From Octopus sinensis (taxonomy: Eukaryota), in assembly GCF_006345805.1 (NCBI RefSeq), contig NC_043008.1:7812001-7876000 (forward strand): DNA of 64,000 bases, given 5' to 3'. Below the pieces are notes generated by a model. The model had not been told where the DNA came from. It did no database searches and was given only the letters and a program-made list of their open reading frames with translations. Within the stretch, counting starts at the first letter, position 1. Every line of letters begins with the position of its first letter. This document shows, piece after piece, positions 26,212 through 41,957 of this stretch. Made by a program: the position numbers and the translations under genes.

Positions 26212-27165
26212 CACAGATGGAGACATACGCACAGACACTTGCACACATATATATCCAGCAATATTACACAAGTAGCATCTATTGAACTCGTTCTCATCAC
26301 TGAATTTATCACCAGTTATACTCATCATGTACACCAGTTTTGCATGATTTACTTGCAACGACGGTGCTCCTGCATGACCACAATCCGATGACTGCAACAA
26401 GTAAATTAAAAAAAAAAAACAAAAACAGATTAGCATGAATTCCACCGCTATCAAATTATAAATATTCTCAGTTCAAATTTCAGTATTGTAGAAACACGAT
26501 TCCTTTGTCCAACAGCACTGAATGCAACGTGTCAGTTTTCCCTTCAAGCAAACAAAGCATTATTATTCATGTTTAGCAAAATCCCCCGCACACAATCATT
26601 CATAGTGAAGCTGACACACAAACATGCATATGTAAGAGAAAATGACCTATGACAAGTAACGGCTTCCGGTACCGGCAGGAACTTGGGCAGAGAGGTTAAA
26701 TTTAGACTTTGTCTTGGAAGATAAATTAGAGCTTTGATTGAAATTATTTCCTCCTTTTAGTGAAGGTAAACAAACCCCTTCTGGCAACTGCGAATTGTGA
26801 TGCATTTGAAAGGGGAGGTAATCTCCAAATTCATAAACCATCCGGAAGTGAAAATCAAATAAAGATCGTTTTATTCAAGAAGAATGAATGCACACACACG
26901 CACGCACGCGCGCACACGCACACACACACACACACACACACACGTATACCTCCTTTCTTGTATGGCGCGTTATGAAATTCAGTAGCATATTTGTGGTGTG
27001 GTTACGTACGTGCTACCCATTATAGAAATACATAATCACTAAAGGTCTTTCCAGAAACATTTAGATGACCCGATATATAACTTTGGCCAAATCACGGTGG
27101 CGAGCTCGTACGATCGTTAACATGCGGGGCTAAATGCTTGGCGACATATCGCGCGTCTTTAAAAA

Positions 27166-27473
27166 GTACAATGGCCCAGTGGTTAGGGCAGCGGACGCGC
27201 GGTCGTACGATCGCGGTTTCGATTCCCAGACCGGGCGTTGTGGGTGTTTAGAGAGCGAAAACACCTAAAAGCTCCACGAGACTCCGGCAGGGGGTGGTGG
27301 CGATCCCTGCTGTACTCTTTCGCCACAACTTCCTCTCACTCTTTCTTCTGTTGGCCTGCTCGCTTAGCCAGTGGGGTGGCGTCATTTGAAGGCTAAAACA
27401 ATACGAAGCGCATTGTGACCAGCGATGTGTAGCAACATCTGATAGCCTGGTTGGTCACGGTGATCACGGTGAT
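27166..27473 (+). mobile_element. SINE family C (tRNA-like head)
   Basis: A box TGGCCCAGTGGTTAGG and B box GGTTTCGATTCCC; highly similar to 41535-41840; ends GTCACGGTGATCACGGTGAT followed by (AT)n. Confidence 0.88.
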
Positions 27474-27829
27474 ATATATATATATATAATGAATTAATAA
27501 ATAAAACATATGCATATATACATACATATATGTACGTACCTACCTCTACATGTATATATACATGCATATATGGGTACAGGACACCAAAAAAAAAAAAACG
27601 CCGAACACAATGAGAAACGGAAACATAAACACAATATATATATATTGGGTTATCAATTAATTGGGGAGACGCTATTTAAGCTACATCATTTCATTTTCTT
27701 TAACTAACTTCAAATCTTCCACATCAGCGTACATTCATCTTGTGGGATACGCGATAATATATGTCTTTCTTGCCGGTCCGGGGAAAAAAACGTTACTCTT
27801 CTCTTCTCTGCCTTTATGTAAAGACACAT

Positions 27830-28290
27830 CTAAAATACGGCTGCCCCAGTGATTTCCCCACTCCAAATAAAATATTACGAGAATTGTGTCCTCCCAGTGA
27901 TTTATGATAAAAAATATAAAAAGCATGACTGATCTTGATTATCGGAACCGGCTTCAAACATTGAATCTGTTTTCTCTCCAGCGCTATGTCATTTGCACAA
28001 TGTTGGATGTATGCTGCCAACCTTACCCTAACGACCTTAACATGAAATTCAGAATTCATCCCACATTGAGTCCGTGTGTCAGTCTCACGACACAAATTCA
28101 CTGCAATGCAATTTCTTTTCTTCAACAGATTCAGCTCTATTTAACTTTATCCCACAATAGATCAAAGAAGAAAAAGGTCCCATCACCATCAAATAAATTT
28201 CTCGATGGGATATCCGATAAGATACTTTGATCTGGACACATCTCAGTCGTCAACAAAAAAACTCCCTACTTGAATTAAACATGACTTATC
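27830..28290 (+). mobile_element. Degraded CR1/L2-like LINE 3' fragment
   Basis: IKSMTDLDYRNRLQTLNLFSLQRY matches the Y-x-x-RL-x-x-L-x-L-x-SL-x-R motif found downstream of RT. Confidence 0.6.
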
Positions 28291-30410
28291 CTAGCCAGAT
28301 CTATTGATAATAATAACACTCTTTAAGTTCTATGATGCATGTATCTAAAATTTATCCCTCCTCAGACATTACTCATTAACTTTTTATACTTCTTTATTTA
28401 ACGTCCTGTTCTGTTATTTTCTTGTTACTCAGTTCTTGAAATTAATTATATTTTTATTGAGGCTCCTGTGTAGAGTACACGATTGGATGTTTATCCTGCA
28501 TCGTGACCAACGAAAGGTCAGTATGCCACTAACATAGGAGAGGGTGCTAGCTACTTTCCTGTTTAATTCATTTTTATTTCTTTTGTCGAGTGAATGCCCT
28601 TAAATTTTCTTTCTCGAAAAGTATTTCCATTGACTATAGAGTTATCGTTTCTTTCATCTTACCCGTTTCCAATACATATTTTGGCCCTTTCTTATATATT
28701 TTTTCTTCCATTCTTTTAATTTTGCTTCTAACATTTTTCTCTGCTTATTTCGCACCACTCCTCCCACTTCCTCCCACTCGTATCAATGTTCTATGCCCAT
28801 TTCTAGCAAAACCTCTTCCTATCTCTCTTTCTTCCTTATCACTACTGCTTCTTCCCTGTTCTTTTTCTTTTCATCTTTGCTCTGCTATTTCGGTTTCCTT
28901 CCAGCTAATTTTGCCATTCATCGTTTTGAAGACACTACTCCACGTTTCAAAGCTTCGTGCTTGAATATATTAACGCATGAAGCTTACATGTTGATACCCC
29001 TAGATGTTTGATGTGCGTTATCGTATTAGTATGTATATGCGCTCGCCTAATGCACTCTCTCACATCAAACATTCGCTGAATCTTTGTAACAGCTGTAAAT
29101 GGTAATCGAAGGGTATATATGTTGGCTTCGCCAATAGAAATATATACGCACTGCAGCTCAGAAGATACTTTCGCATTGATAAAACTGGCTTAAAATGACG
29201 GCCATTTCATATCAGCTAAGCTTTTAATGTACATCTCATAACTTTCTGCAATCCTTTTCTCACGCACGAACCTCTTCACAACGATATATATGATATCCTT
29301 CCTGCACCTTTAAACCTCTCACAAATAAGCTGAATAACAATAAAGAGAAAGGGGCTATGGACACGAAATGTTATACTTTATAGGGGCGACTAAGTATTTT
29401 TCCAAAGCAATCTACGAAGCGTGAAGATAATTGTTACATCACTCCTATTTTTATTTCTATATACCGAAAGCATAGAAAGCATATGTTTACTATCTTATTT
29501 CACGAGAAATTAAGCCGCATTTATGGACTTTGAATCAGGTCATTGACCGATAACCCATAACCACACAAACACATATCAACAAATTATCCTGATGTCATTT
29601 GAAGCCAATAAGTTTTTATATGTGGCATTTTTGAGATGTTCGACTAGGGCTATTTCCGCAATAAATGCATACTTGCATACATACAAACATATACACGCAC
29701 ATGCATACATAGATACCCACATGCATACATACAAACGTACATGCATACGTATATATCTACTATATATATTTGAATAATATTCGGTCTCATGTAATAGTCA
29801 ATCCACTATTTTTGGTCAAAAAAGTGGTGGAAATTCGACCGTATAAAAGTCGACCCTCGTATTTGTGTGTCAAGGTACGGCATTATTATTCACCTAGAAA
29901 TAACACTGTTACAAAATTGTGTGGCTACCTTACTGTAGACTCTTCTGTCGGTGGAATGCTTGCTGCTTGTAATGGAATGCTTGCTGCTTATAGTAGAATA
30001 CTAACTAATACGAACAACTACACATCTTTTGATGGGTGCTACATCATCATTACTAAAATGTATGCACTAGATGTTCTGCAATGCTGCATATATCTTGAAG
30101 CATAAAAAACACGTGAGTTATAACTCGTTGTGCACATGGTGAGAAACTTGTTTTTCAGACACAACAATTGGCGGACAACAGCAAACGCCACTGTCTGAAT
30201 TCGTACAAAGCATGACTTTGGCAAGCCTAAAAACATTCAATTCATCGCCAGATCAGTGGTTCCTATTTCCCACATCACCAAATACTATAAACACGTAAGT
30301 CATATGTTTCGCAGATGGTAATATCGGTGAACAACAGCAAACTCTACAGTATAAATTCGAACAGAGGCATTAATTCGGTAAGCTTAAAAACATTTAGGTA
30401 ATCGCTTAAT

Positions 30411-30530
30411 CAGTGGTTCCCAAACTTTTTTGCCACAGAATCTTCGACATTATTTTTAAAAACGTGACATGCCTGATTGCTTTCAGAGAGATCACTGGCG
30501 TTTTTGCAGAACGCACTTTGGGAATCCCTA
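30411..30530. mobile_element. Possible hAT (Charlie-type) MITE
   Basis: CAGTGGTTCCCAAACTTTT ... CACTTTGGGAATCCCTA imperfect TIRs; no matching 8-bp TSD. Confidence 0.35.
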
Positions 30531-32047
30531 CCCCAGATTAACAATTCTACACCATATTATGAACATTTAACGGTAACTGCACGCAATACCCTGCAACTTT
30601 TTCGAAACACACCGAATATGAATCAGCTGTAGGTACAGTATAACGGTAAACAGTGGCATGTCGGTAGGTTACCGGTGGTAATATAACATAATTATGAGAT
30701 ATATATATCAGCTAATATGTTAAATTTGGTGGATACAAATAAAAGAGAAAGCTTAAATATTTATAAGAGCTACGCGGCCATGTTTGAGCGTTTTGTTATT
30801 TACTAGGATGTGTATTTTCATGTATAGAGTTGGTAATATTACTGTAATTTATTGTGTTTTGGTTTTCATCAGTTGAGGAATCAGTCGGGTTTCTGCTGCT
30901 GATGCGGTACATCGGATTAGCATGAATTTAAGCACCTCGAAAGTAGTATCCATGTAATAGTAAACACCATAAATTTCACCTTAGAAAATGATCTAAAGAC
31001 TGGTTTCATGTGAAGAAAAAAAAATCTTAGTATCTTAATTTTTGAAGCACACTCAAATGGTAGAATGGTATTCCTCACCATTTTGAATAAAAAAAACTCG
31101 TCTCGGGAGACTGTCATAAAGAAAACATTAAATTAAGCAGACATCTTTTCAGCGGTTATCTCCCTTAGATTTGACTTTAAAAAAACTGTCATGTTTGCAT
31201 TAACTTATATCGTTATCGTTTCCTTTTATCCGTCAAAAAGTCCTTGTATATTACCCCTTCTCAATGCTTTTTCACAATATACTGAATCGAAGCGTATTCA
31301 ATGACAAACAGAAAGATTGATCGTATTAATTTTCAGACATTGAGAAAATGCAAACAGTAGACTTTCATACTAGTATCACATTCATTTTAGTATAAATACT
31401 GTGTGACAAAACACCGATATTATAAGACTTCAGATTGAAGAAACACTAAACGAAGATTTAGAGACAGACATAAAGATTTTCAAATATCTTTATTCAATCC
31501 TTACGCTCACATAAACTCTCTCACTAACAAATATTTTCACTAAGTTTTCAAAAATATCCGTCATTATATAGAATTAAATAAGAGCATCAGCATCCTTAGA
31601 GATATCCTATGTAATGTTTGCAGACAAGTTTCGAAGAATATAAAATTATGTGAGAAAAAAATTATAATTTTATTTGTAACATATACCATCATGGTAAATA
31701 ATTCTCATCAAAGCTACAATTACTTAAACGTATGCGTCACAATTACGTGGGTAGAAAATACATTTTAAATGCGCGTCAGTAGGAGAGGTGGGGAGAATGA
31801 GAGAGAGAGTGAGGTAGAGTGCGAGAAAGTGACAGAAGACAAGCAGAGCTTATGAGGTTACAAATTTTTAGTGGTATTTCAGGTTATTAATATTCAGGGC
31901 AAAGAATGGACTGAACTGCAGAATTTTGTGAAAATGCTACCTGCCGTACATTGTATTGTACACACACTCTCTCTCTTACTCTGTAGAATGTAAACGGTTT
32001 CGACACTCATGCGCGCTTATGTACTAGTACGTATATATGTATATATA

Positions 32048-33229
32048 CACAGACATGCAGGAAGTAACTAAGCACCTTCAATTTTCAAAATCGTTTATTG
32101 AATACGCAAAGCGAACGATTGACATGTAATCGATAGGTGGGACTACATACTTTAGTATTTAGTTGATATTCCCTTTGCAGGTTTTAATTCAGAAACTCCA
32201 TTTTGGCACTGAACGGATGAGCTTTGTGATTCTCTTGTGGAATTTCTGCCCACTTTTCACGCAACATTCGAAATAATTCCTCTTTAGATTCAGGCTTCTG
32301 TCGATTTCTTTGTATAGCTCTATCGGGTATGGTCCAAAGATTTTGATCCCATTTTCACTCAGCCATTGTTGATGCCTTTTCGCTGTGTGGAATGGAGCCC
32401 CATCTTCCATGAATAAAAACTCATTTTTTGTTGTCATCGTGACAATACATCAGAAGTAGTCCTTGCTTAAATATTTCGATGTATTTTTCACAATTTATAC
32501 ATCCAACACATTCAATCAGCTCAGAATGTCCGTTGCTGGTGATAGCTCCCCAAACCATTACAGAGATACCGCCATGTTTGGTTCGTGCCGTTTTAAATCA
32601 AATTCTTGATTGAGAAGCCTCCAGACCTCCACTGTCTGAAAATAATGCAAATCTGGATTCATCTGAGAAAATCGCTCTTTCCCAGAATGAACTGGATTTT
32701 TCTGATATCTCCTTAGCCCATTTCCTTCTTTTCAGGATATTAATTGGTTGAAGGAGAGGCTTTCTTCTAGATGCTCGTCCATAATACCCAAGCTTATACA
32801 GATATGTAACACGCGTTCTAGGACTACCTTCTAGCTGTTTTGCAATGTCAGAAGCCTTCGAACGGGGTTCGTTTTGCACAATTCTCTTCAAACAACGAAT
32901 CTTCTTTTCCGAGGGCCCAGTTCGGCCGGGACGAGAATCTGTTGATTCTTTTCCTTGGCTTTTGAATTGCACTATAATTCTATTAACAGTAGCAAGTGCA
33001 ATTTGAAGGTTTTCAGAAATTTTTCCCTGGCTAAGACCAGCCTCATATTGCCCAACAATACGACCTCATTGAAAATCTGACAGTTCTGCTGAATGTTTTG
33101 TGTGTGACATGGTTACTCTTTGCAAATGTTTAATATAATGGCACCTGGAATGAAAAAGAATAATTACATTGTAAATTCTACGCTTAGATCAGAAATTTTG
33201 AAAGGTGTTATGTTTGTGTTATGTTTGTG
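32048..33229 (-). mobile_element. Tc1-family DNA transposon with a disrupted transposase (33110 to 32152)
   Basis: MSHTKHSAELSDFQ*GRIVG...SRPGR...RRKPLL...[12 protein letters not shown]...KHGGISVMVWGAI...FMEDGAPFH...PIE...KGISTKY*. It has a stop, frameshifts and a deletion of the SPDLN segment. Degenerate TIRs at ~32048-32086 and ~33190-33229 in a TA context. Confidence 0.88.
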
Positions 33230-33236
33230 CATATAT

Positions 33237-33651
33237 ACTCTTTTACTCTTTTACTTGTTTCAGTCATTTGACTGCGGCCATTCTGGAGCACCGCCTTTTA
33301 GCCGAGCAAATCGACCCCGGGACTTATTCTTTGTAAGCCCAGTACTTATTCTATCAGTCTCTTTTTGCCGAACCGCTAAGTGACGGGGACGTAAACACAC
33401 CAGCATCGGCTGTCAAGCAATGCTAGGGGGACAAACACAGACACACAAACACATACACACATACATATATATATATATACATATATACGACAGGCTTCTT
33501 TCAGTTTCCGTCTACCAAATCCACTCACAAGGCATTGGTCGGTCTGGGGCTATAGCATAGGACACTTGCCCAAGGTGCCATGCAGTGGGACTGAACCCGA
33601 AACCATGTGGTTGGTTAGCAAGCTACTTACCACACAGCCACTCCTGCGCCT
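33237..33651 (-). mobile_element. SINE family A, full length
   Basis: Reverse complement of family A, adjacent to the Tc1 end and a (TA)n tract. Confidence 0.9.
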
Positions 33652-33662
33652 ATATATATATA

Positions 33663-33700
<38 letters not shown>

Positions 33701-35137
33701 TGTTTCAAATTTGAGGTAATGTGTTTAGAATAATACATTAATTGAAATATGTATGAAAGTGCTAATTTTGTTAAAATGCAATAATAAAAACATGAAGTCG
33801 GTTTTCACTTTAAGGCTAGAAGTAGGAGAAACGATTTCCTCTCGCGAAAACTCATCGGACACAGAATGTGTGTCGTGAGCCAGATAGAGGAGATATCTTC
33901 CTGGGGGTATAAACATCAATAGCACAGTCCTGTATAGGATGCCACACTTAGCTGGCAAACATATGTTACGGTTCTGTACTTCTACTGTTTATCTCTCGCT
34001 CAGAGATTTAATACACCATTCTCTCTTTTCTACGTAACTGAACAGCGATAATTCTACTAAGTCAATATATATGTATATATGTATACACACACACACAACG
34101 TATATATACACGCATAATCACGAATATTGTCTTTGTATATTTTCATATTCTTTTCTATTCATGCTATGTGATATTTAATGTGCTTCGGTGAGTAATGTGC
34201 TTTGTTACTAGAATTCTACATGCGCGTGTATTTGTTTGAGCGTGCGTGTATAGCCATGTATTTGTGTATTAAATTCTCTGCGCGCTGAATTACATTTTAC
34301 ATTTGGTTAGGATATTTAGTGCCGATTCTTGCGCATGTTAATGCTTATTTTTGCATAGCTAGCATTGGGGATGTTCTTGAAATTTTTACATTTGAAAGCA
34401 TTGTTTGGTGATGTATTCTATTCATTTCTGCACGATGATATTGTTATGTTTCACATGCTTGTTAATTTGTTTTATGTATCTTGATTTTTTTTTCTTTTTT
34501 TTTCTGTGACGTCTATTGGATCAGTTTCCACAATCACTTATAAAATATATTTTATTTTTGCCTCAATATCCTTTTATCTTATAGACTGTTTTTGCTTAAC
34601 GATGGACGTTGCCTTTCTTCCGTTCATATTTCGCAATGAATGTGGGTGCTGTATGTAGCTTTCGTTAAAACTCTAAACTGAATTTGTTATAGAAATTCGA
34701 CCACCTTACATTTGCACAGAAATATTGCTGGAAATGGATATCTCTATGATAATCTATGCTAGGCTAGCCAAGCACTACTGAGATAAATCTACCCTGTGTA
34801 ACATATTGTGTAGTGCTGTACAGATTTACCTTTCTGATTTTTATGTGAGTTTGTGTCCATACGTGCGTGGACGTTTGTATGTGCGTGTATGATTTATGTA
34901 TGTATGTATGCATGTATGCATATATGTTTGTATTTATGTATGTATTTTTTATGTATGTATGTATGTGTATATGTATTATTTTATTTTTCTGTCTTGAAAT
35001 TATCTGCAACACAAATGTTTAGTCAATACTTTTCTTTGAATAATTGTCTTTCAATGTCAGTTCCCAATTATATCACATATTCCAAATGTAATATGACTAT
35101 TTTCATTTGAATTCATACATCCAATTATTAAGAGCCA

Positions 35138-35138
35138 C

Positions 35139-35178
<40 letters not shown>

Positions 35179-35182
35179 TAAT

Positions 35183-35216
<34 letters not shown>

Positions 35217-35238
35217 TAATATAATAATAATAATAATA

Positions 35239-35269
<31 letters not shown>

Positions 35270-35273
35270 TAAT

Positions 35274-35313
<40 letters not shown>

Positions 35314-35375
35314 TAATAATAATAATAATAATAATAATATTAATGATAATAATGATAATAATAGTAATAATAATA
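35138..35375. repeat. (AAT)n trinucleotide microsatellite
   Basis: Directly visible. Confidence 0.97.
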
Positions 35376-35595
35376 AAGTTGAAGTGATAACCAAGTAATA
35401 TAGTGCGTGTAGTTAATTGGTGAAACTGTGACCATCTGCAAATAGAACTCGATTTTACATCCGTAATCTTGCAAAATAAATACATAAATGTATACACATA
35501 GACACGCATAGACATATATGTATGTATGTATTTATATATATATGTTATATGTATGTGTATGTATGTATATATATATGTGTATATATATATATATA

Positions 35596-35702
<107 letters not shown>

Positions 35703-38700
35703 ATGTGTGTATGTATATATATATATGTATATATGTGCCTATATATGTGTATATCTATATATATATATATAAATACATACATACACACTCCCCCACACAT
35801 GTATATTTGGGTTATATGTATTTGAATATTTGCATGATTGTGCATATGTGCTATTTTCCCATTATTCATATGTATACACATTCGACAATGCTGTATACTT
35901 TATTCCTATACATACAAAAAAAAACGATATTGATTCGGTTTATAATTTCTCACATTCATTTCGTAACATAAATGATGCAGTAGTGATGATCTATCGAGAT
36001 ATCGTGTTAAAACGAATGCTTGTATATTATGTGAATATCTTGGAAATTTTAATGACGATATTGAATATAAAGGTGAAGCTATACACAGAAGATACTTTAA
36101 ACACATACGTCAGATATTTTACCCAGATTCCAAGTCTCGATTTTATCTTACTATAAGTACCGAGAACTCTATATAAATATGTTGAAACTGTTGTGACTTC
36201 ATAGCTGTATGATTTCCAATTTCTATTCACACTGTGCGTAATAAGAAACGTGCAGGTCACGGTGACCTTATGGTGATAGCTTTTACTGATCGTATTATCT
36301 GATTTATCATTTTAGTACAGTGTACCGGATGTTGCTACATGTTTTACGATATCATCTCGAAGAAAGAGCTTTTTTTAATGCCGAAATACTCGACTCTTAT
36401 ACTATTACGCACATATCTAATTTAAACAATTTACCATATACATAATCCTGTAGAGTCATATAACTTGCGCTTATGTATGAATGAATACATGTATGCATTA
36501 ATTTACACATGTTTCTATGTACATATACGTGTGCGTATGCATCTATGAGTGCGGTGACGGCCATATTTTGACATTTTACTCACGCAGAGACAGAGGCAGA
36601 TTCCAACAAGAAACTGCTTTTATCTATTTATTTATTTATCTATTCTGGAATTTAGACATCATAAGCTAATTGACCACGTGTGTTGCATGTATGAGTGCAG
36701 ACCCGTATGTTTCAACGCGCATGCGTGTGTTTGTTGCAAATTTCGGATTTGTTTATATTCGACTTTTACATTATGACCTATTTAAGTTTACATATGCATA
36801 TGATCATTTCCATTATTTGAATCGACATCGGTAAATGTAGGTACCACAGCCTAAATTGTGGAATAATCAATCGATATTATAACATTATTATTGAGCATTA
36901 GTTATCGTAATTCCTAATAGTGTCCTATATCTTTTGGGGAAAAAGTTCTCCTCAAGTTTGGCAATAAGGAGATTACTACAGTTTGTTTAAATTTTCATTA
37001 ATTACTAGCCCTGTTTCATAACTTTGGGTAACAAAATGCAGCTAAATAAGTGCTTTCTTGTTATTTTAATTTTAGGATCACATCTGCTGAAGAAGCCGAT
37101 TTCTATTACTCTACATATTTTCATATCTATTGAAGATTTATACAATATTGAGCATTTGAATTATCTAGTTATATGTGTGACATATTTCCCCTAAATCACA
37201 AGGAATTCTGTTATTAATAATCTGACCTGAAAGTTATATACAGGCAAGTTTACGTCTAGAGCATCTAAATTAATTTTGCATTTCCATTTCCAAAGCCTGT
37301 TGATATTTTCAGGAACAAAATATTGGATTTTGATTCATGCAATGATTTCCTCTACGATTTATACACATGTAAAACATATTCTCTACACGGCGCGCTTTAC
37401 CCAAATATATTTCGTGTAAATAGAGTAGAAATCGACGAAATTGTTCAAGGTTTGTAGAGTTATTGCCTTGCCGTAAGTCAGATATGATCCCATACAAACG
37501 TAAGTCATTTTTTGTTCAGCCGGATATAATACTTAGTGGCATTCTTCCGGGTTTATGTTCTCAGTTTCAATTCGGCCGAGAACAATTTTGTTTGTCATCC
37601 TTTCGGAGTCCCTAAATAAGTTGGTGTTTAGCACTGACATCAAGAGAATCGCGTACCACTTTCCCAGCGATGTCCCCGCCTTGTGCATATTGGAGAAATT
37701 GTTATTTTGTATTCTTACTCAAATGAGACCTTGTAATGTGACGTTAGATATATTTGTCTTTTAGTTGCTAGGTGGTAATGAAATAACGGTAATTAACTGC
37801 GTAGTAGAAGAAAGGTTTGAATTAACGACAATCTGAGACGGTAATTTATTCAGCAAGACATTTCTGCTTGTTGTCAGAATTTTTTTTCTTTCTTAAATTA
37901 ACGACATTCACGGAAACTATAATTATCAGATTGCTAGATATTGTTTGATGGAAGAAATAATGCCCGATGACGCTATCGAATGATTAACTAGTCAGTGATT
38001 ATCAGTGGTGGTTATCAAATAGTTCCATTTCAAATGATTCCCAACTGAATAAATATCACAAAGAATATTTTTTAAAATATGATTAAGATTGATGTAAAAA
38101 ATAAATAACGCTGAAGCAAAGCAACAGCAAATATTTAGTGCGTGTGTATTGGCTAAACTGGCAAAATGACCATTCCTAAATACAACACTATCTGTTTCAA
38201 CACGCGATTTCACATCAAAAATCTTGCAAAACAAATATATAAATGGAATAATGTAGAAATCACAAAATTTCAATTAATTTATTGCGCTGCTCTGAAAACA
38301 TAACATACCATGTAACTGGAGAAACATAAATATTGCCTCCAGTGTTTCTTGAACGTAAATAACGCAATTTTCGTAGGATATATTACAGCAGGACATATCC
38401 ATGTACCTTATTAATAGAACAACATGCAGTAATTTAGTACAGAGTACGACTTGAATAACTGTCTTGAATGGTGAGTAATGCTGTAGAAGCTGCATCCGTT
38501 TATTCACGAAATATATTTCCACTGCATTTTGCATTAGCTTGATTAACTGTGTCGTTGTATCAGATACCCTTGGGATTAAATGTAATTCGGAGAAAGTTCA
38601 CACATAATTATCAATAGGGGTTAATAGATATCATTCATCAGCGTAGTGTTCTTTAAACATCATAGAGAATTTCTTAAGAAATAATGCAATTGTATGCACA

Positions 38701-39451
38701 AATGTGTATGAAATTTAATCTCTTCACAGCAATGGCAATAATTCATATAAATAAATTTCATAAAGTCACTACGGGCTTTGAAATCACCCTTGTAGCAGTT
38801 CTCAGATATAATCAAGGGAATAAATCTATTACACAAAGCTCTACATTACCAGTTAATTGACTTCATGTAACCGTGTGTATTGTTATGTTCCATAAATGTG
38901 AATTACGACAAGTTAACTTGATACATCAAATATGCAACTGGTACAAGTATAAGTCCATAACTTTTACAATACACTGCGAGACCAAATTTATATTACACTG
39001 CAAGGATGATTTAATGCATTCATTGCTCAATAAATGGGCTGAAATTATGCGCTGAAGAATGAGATAATAAAAGTTCTGAGAGAAGGAAATCCACAAAGCA
39101 CTTATGATTTTGAGAGAAGAAAAACGTCAATGCAGTTTAAAATGTTACTGGAAAGAAATGAAAAATGCCATTGCACATTATCATATAATATATGGTGTGC
39201 TCACTGGAAAATGATTGATTCAAATTAAAGCTGAATCACCTTGGAAACTAGGGCGCCTACCTGACCAGCTCTGTCCATTAGATATATATGTATATGCAGT
39301 GGTCATCAGCGGGATCGCAATTTCTGGGATACGAGCGTGCATAATCATACAGCAACTACAAATTTGATGAGTAAAACATCATCCATCATCCCCGACCGCG
39401 AGCGCGTACATATATATACACATATACACACACTCACACACACACACACAC

Positions 39452-39503
<52 letters not shown>

Positions 39504-39519
39504 CACTTATATATTTATA

Positions 39520-39682
39520 TAAGTGATGGGTTACTTCCGCCTCTCAAATCCATTCAGGATGTGTTTCGGTTGGACCGATGCTACAGAATAAGACATTAAC
39601 CAAACGTTCCGCACAGTGGAACTGAACCCGAAATCATGAGGTTGAGAAGCAAGCTTCTCACCACACACAGCCACGCCTGCAC
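39520..39682 (-). mobile_element. SINE family A, diverged 5' half
   Basis: GAACTGAACCCGAAATCATG...CACACAGCCACGCCTGCACC matches the reverse complement of the head. Confidence 0.7.
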
Positions 39683-41205
39683 CGTCTTAGCATACAAAGA
39701 AATTTTCTACTTAGCGAGTTAAATCTTCGTGGATTGTTTCTGATATTTTTCCTTTCATCAAATTTAGTTAATAAGCGCTGACTATTTTAATTACACATTT
39801 CCTGTTCTTCACTGTCACGATAATTTCGCTGTGTTAATTGATTTGTTTCAATGCGTCACAATGTGTCCGATAAAAATAATTTAGCCACTTTGTTATCGGA
39901 GACCTGCGTATTTAAACCGCCTGGAGACTTAATATATTTGTATCTCTTTTCGGCTGACACAGCTTTCAAAACTACCCGTAAAGAAGATATAACGACAGTG
40001 ATCTTCTTTATTGCCTATATTAATTTAGATAGTGCTGTATTTTAGTTTGTTTGAGTCAGAAATTACTTGAATATATGTAATGTGTTATAATATATAGATT
40101 GACAAATAATTTCCGGTTTGGTTATTAGAGACTACCATTAAATTGGGTAAATTTGCCCAGCCTCTTGGATTCGCAACCTGATATTTGTATGAATATCAGT
40201 GATGTTAATTTATAATAATGTCCGAATATAGCCTTATATATGTTTTTTACTGATACATTAGTGTAAACACTATGTCGATATCAACATTTTTATTGTTTTG
40301 CAAACAGATATTAGGTTCTGCATATTATATGAAGAGAAATTGGTTTCGTAATATCTATTAGGAACGGTAACATTTCATCAAGTATCTCCTCATTTCAATA
40401 ACTTGTAAGGTTTCTTTCATCTTGGTACGACAAATGTCAATTTTATGTACCTAAATATCGTTGTTCATTACTGCGCACTAATTGTCTCGTTTTGTCGAGA
40501 AAATAAAATTTCATTGCTGAGCTTTCCCCAGAGACGTTCATGTTTGTTTCTTGAGAGTGATTAATATTTTCGTCAGCGGTAGTTACACGTTTTCATCTGC
40601 CATCATATTGCTGGATTATCCATTAGTTTACATGGAAATAATATACATTTTTGTACATTTACGAGAAAATATTTTTAAATGAGCGTCGTAGCGCAAAACG
40701 TAAGTATCAGTAATGCACAAACATACACAGAGAATGAAAGCCACAGCCACACACAGACACACACAGAGACAAGCACTGACACAATCAACTAACACATACA
40801 AATATATTTTATATGCATACTCCTAGTACCCGCAACTTCAGGTAAAGACGTTTTGCTTTTACAGATCGGAGAATCACTAATTTCAAACTAGCGTTTGTAA
40901 TATCGCTCTAACGGGAGCTCAAATTAATCTAAGAATTTAAAATCTACACTTTCGTTTTCGCGAAAACGCCGATTTCGGTGCTTAGATATAGATGAAATCA
41001 CTTAATATATTGAAAACATATAATCATGATGCATGTGTTTATGTGTGTGTGTGTGTGTATAAGTTCGTGTGTGTGCGTGTGCATGAACCCGCGATTGCGT
41101 GCGTGTCTGTTAGTGAGCAAGATTTACATTCAGGTAGAATTTTTCATTGGGAATATTTGCGTTTCCGTATATTTTATTCAGTCCCAGTGAGTATATATCT
41201 ATCTG

Positions 41206-41294
<89 letters not shown>

Positions 41295-41302
41295 TATCTA
41301 TA

Positions 41303-41341
<39 letters not shown>

Positions 41342-41374
41342 ATATATATATATATATATACAGCTGTCTATCTG

Positions 41375-41412
<38 letters not shown>

Positions 41413-41436
41413 ATCTATCATCTATCTATATATCTA

Positions 41437-41507
<71 letters not shown>

Positions 41508-41534
41508 TATATATATATATATAAATGTGTGTGT

Positions 41535-41840
41535 GGAGGCGCAATGGCGCAGTGGTTAGGCAGCGGAATCGTGGTCGGAGGATCACGGTTTCGATTCCCA
41601 GACCAGGCCTTGTGAGTGTTTATTGAGCGAAAACACCTAAAGCTCCACGAGGCTCCGGCAGGGGATGGTGGCGATCCCTGCTGTACTCTTTCGCCACAAC
41701 TTTCTCTCACTCTTCTCTTGGCCTGCTCGCTTAGCCAGCGGGGTGGCGTCATTTGAAGGCTAAAACAATGCGAAGCGCATTGTGACCAGAGATGTGTAGA
41801 AACATCTGATAGCCTCGTCAGTCACGGTGATCACGGTGAT
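41535..41840 (+). mobile_element. SINE family C
   Basis: Second copy, embedded in microsatellite. Confidence 0.88.
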
Positions 41841-41866
41841 ATATATATATACATCTGTCTGCCTAT

Positions 41867-41925
<59 letters not shown>

Positions 41926-41926
41926 C

Positions 41927-41957
<31 letters not shown>

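Noticed and set aside
27166-27240. tRNA-like sequences (also 41535-41610 and the heads of SINE A, B and D)
   Set aside because: A and B boxes are present, but they continue into SINE bodies and lack a proper acceptor stem and terminator; they are not tRNA genes.
28590-28964. 124-aa hydrophobic ORF resembling a membrane protein
   Set aside because: It arises from a CT-rich low-complexity strand, starts at a non-ATG codon, and has no family motif.
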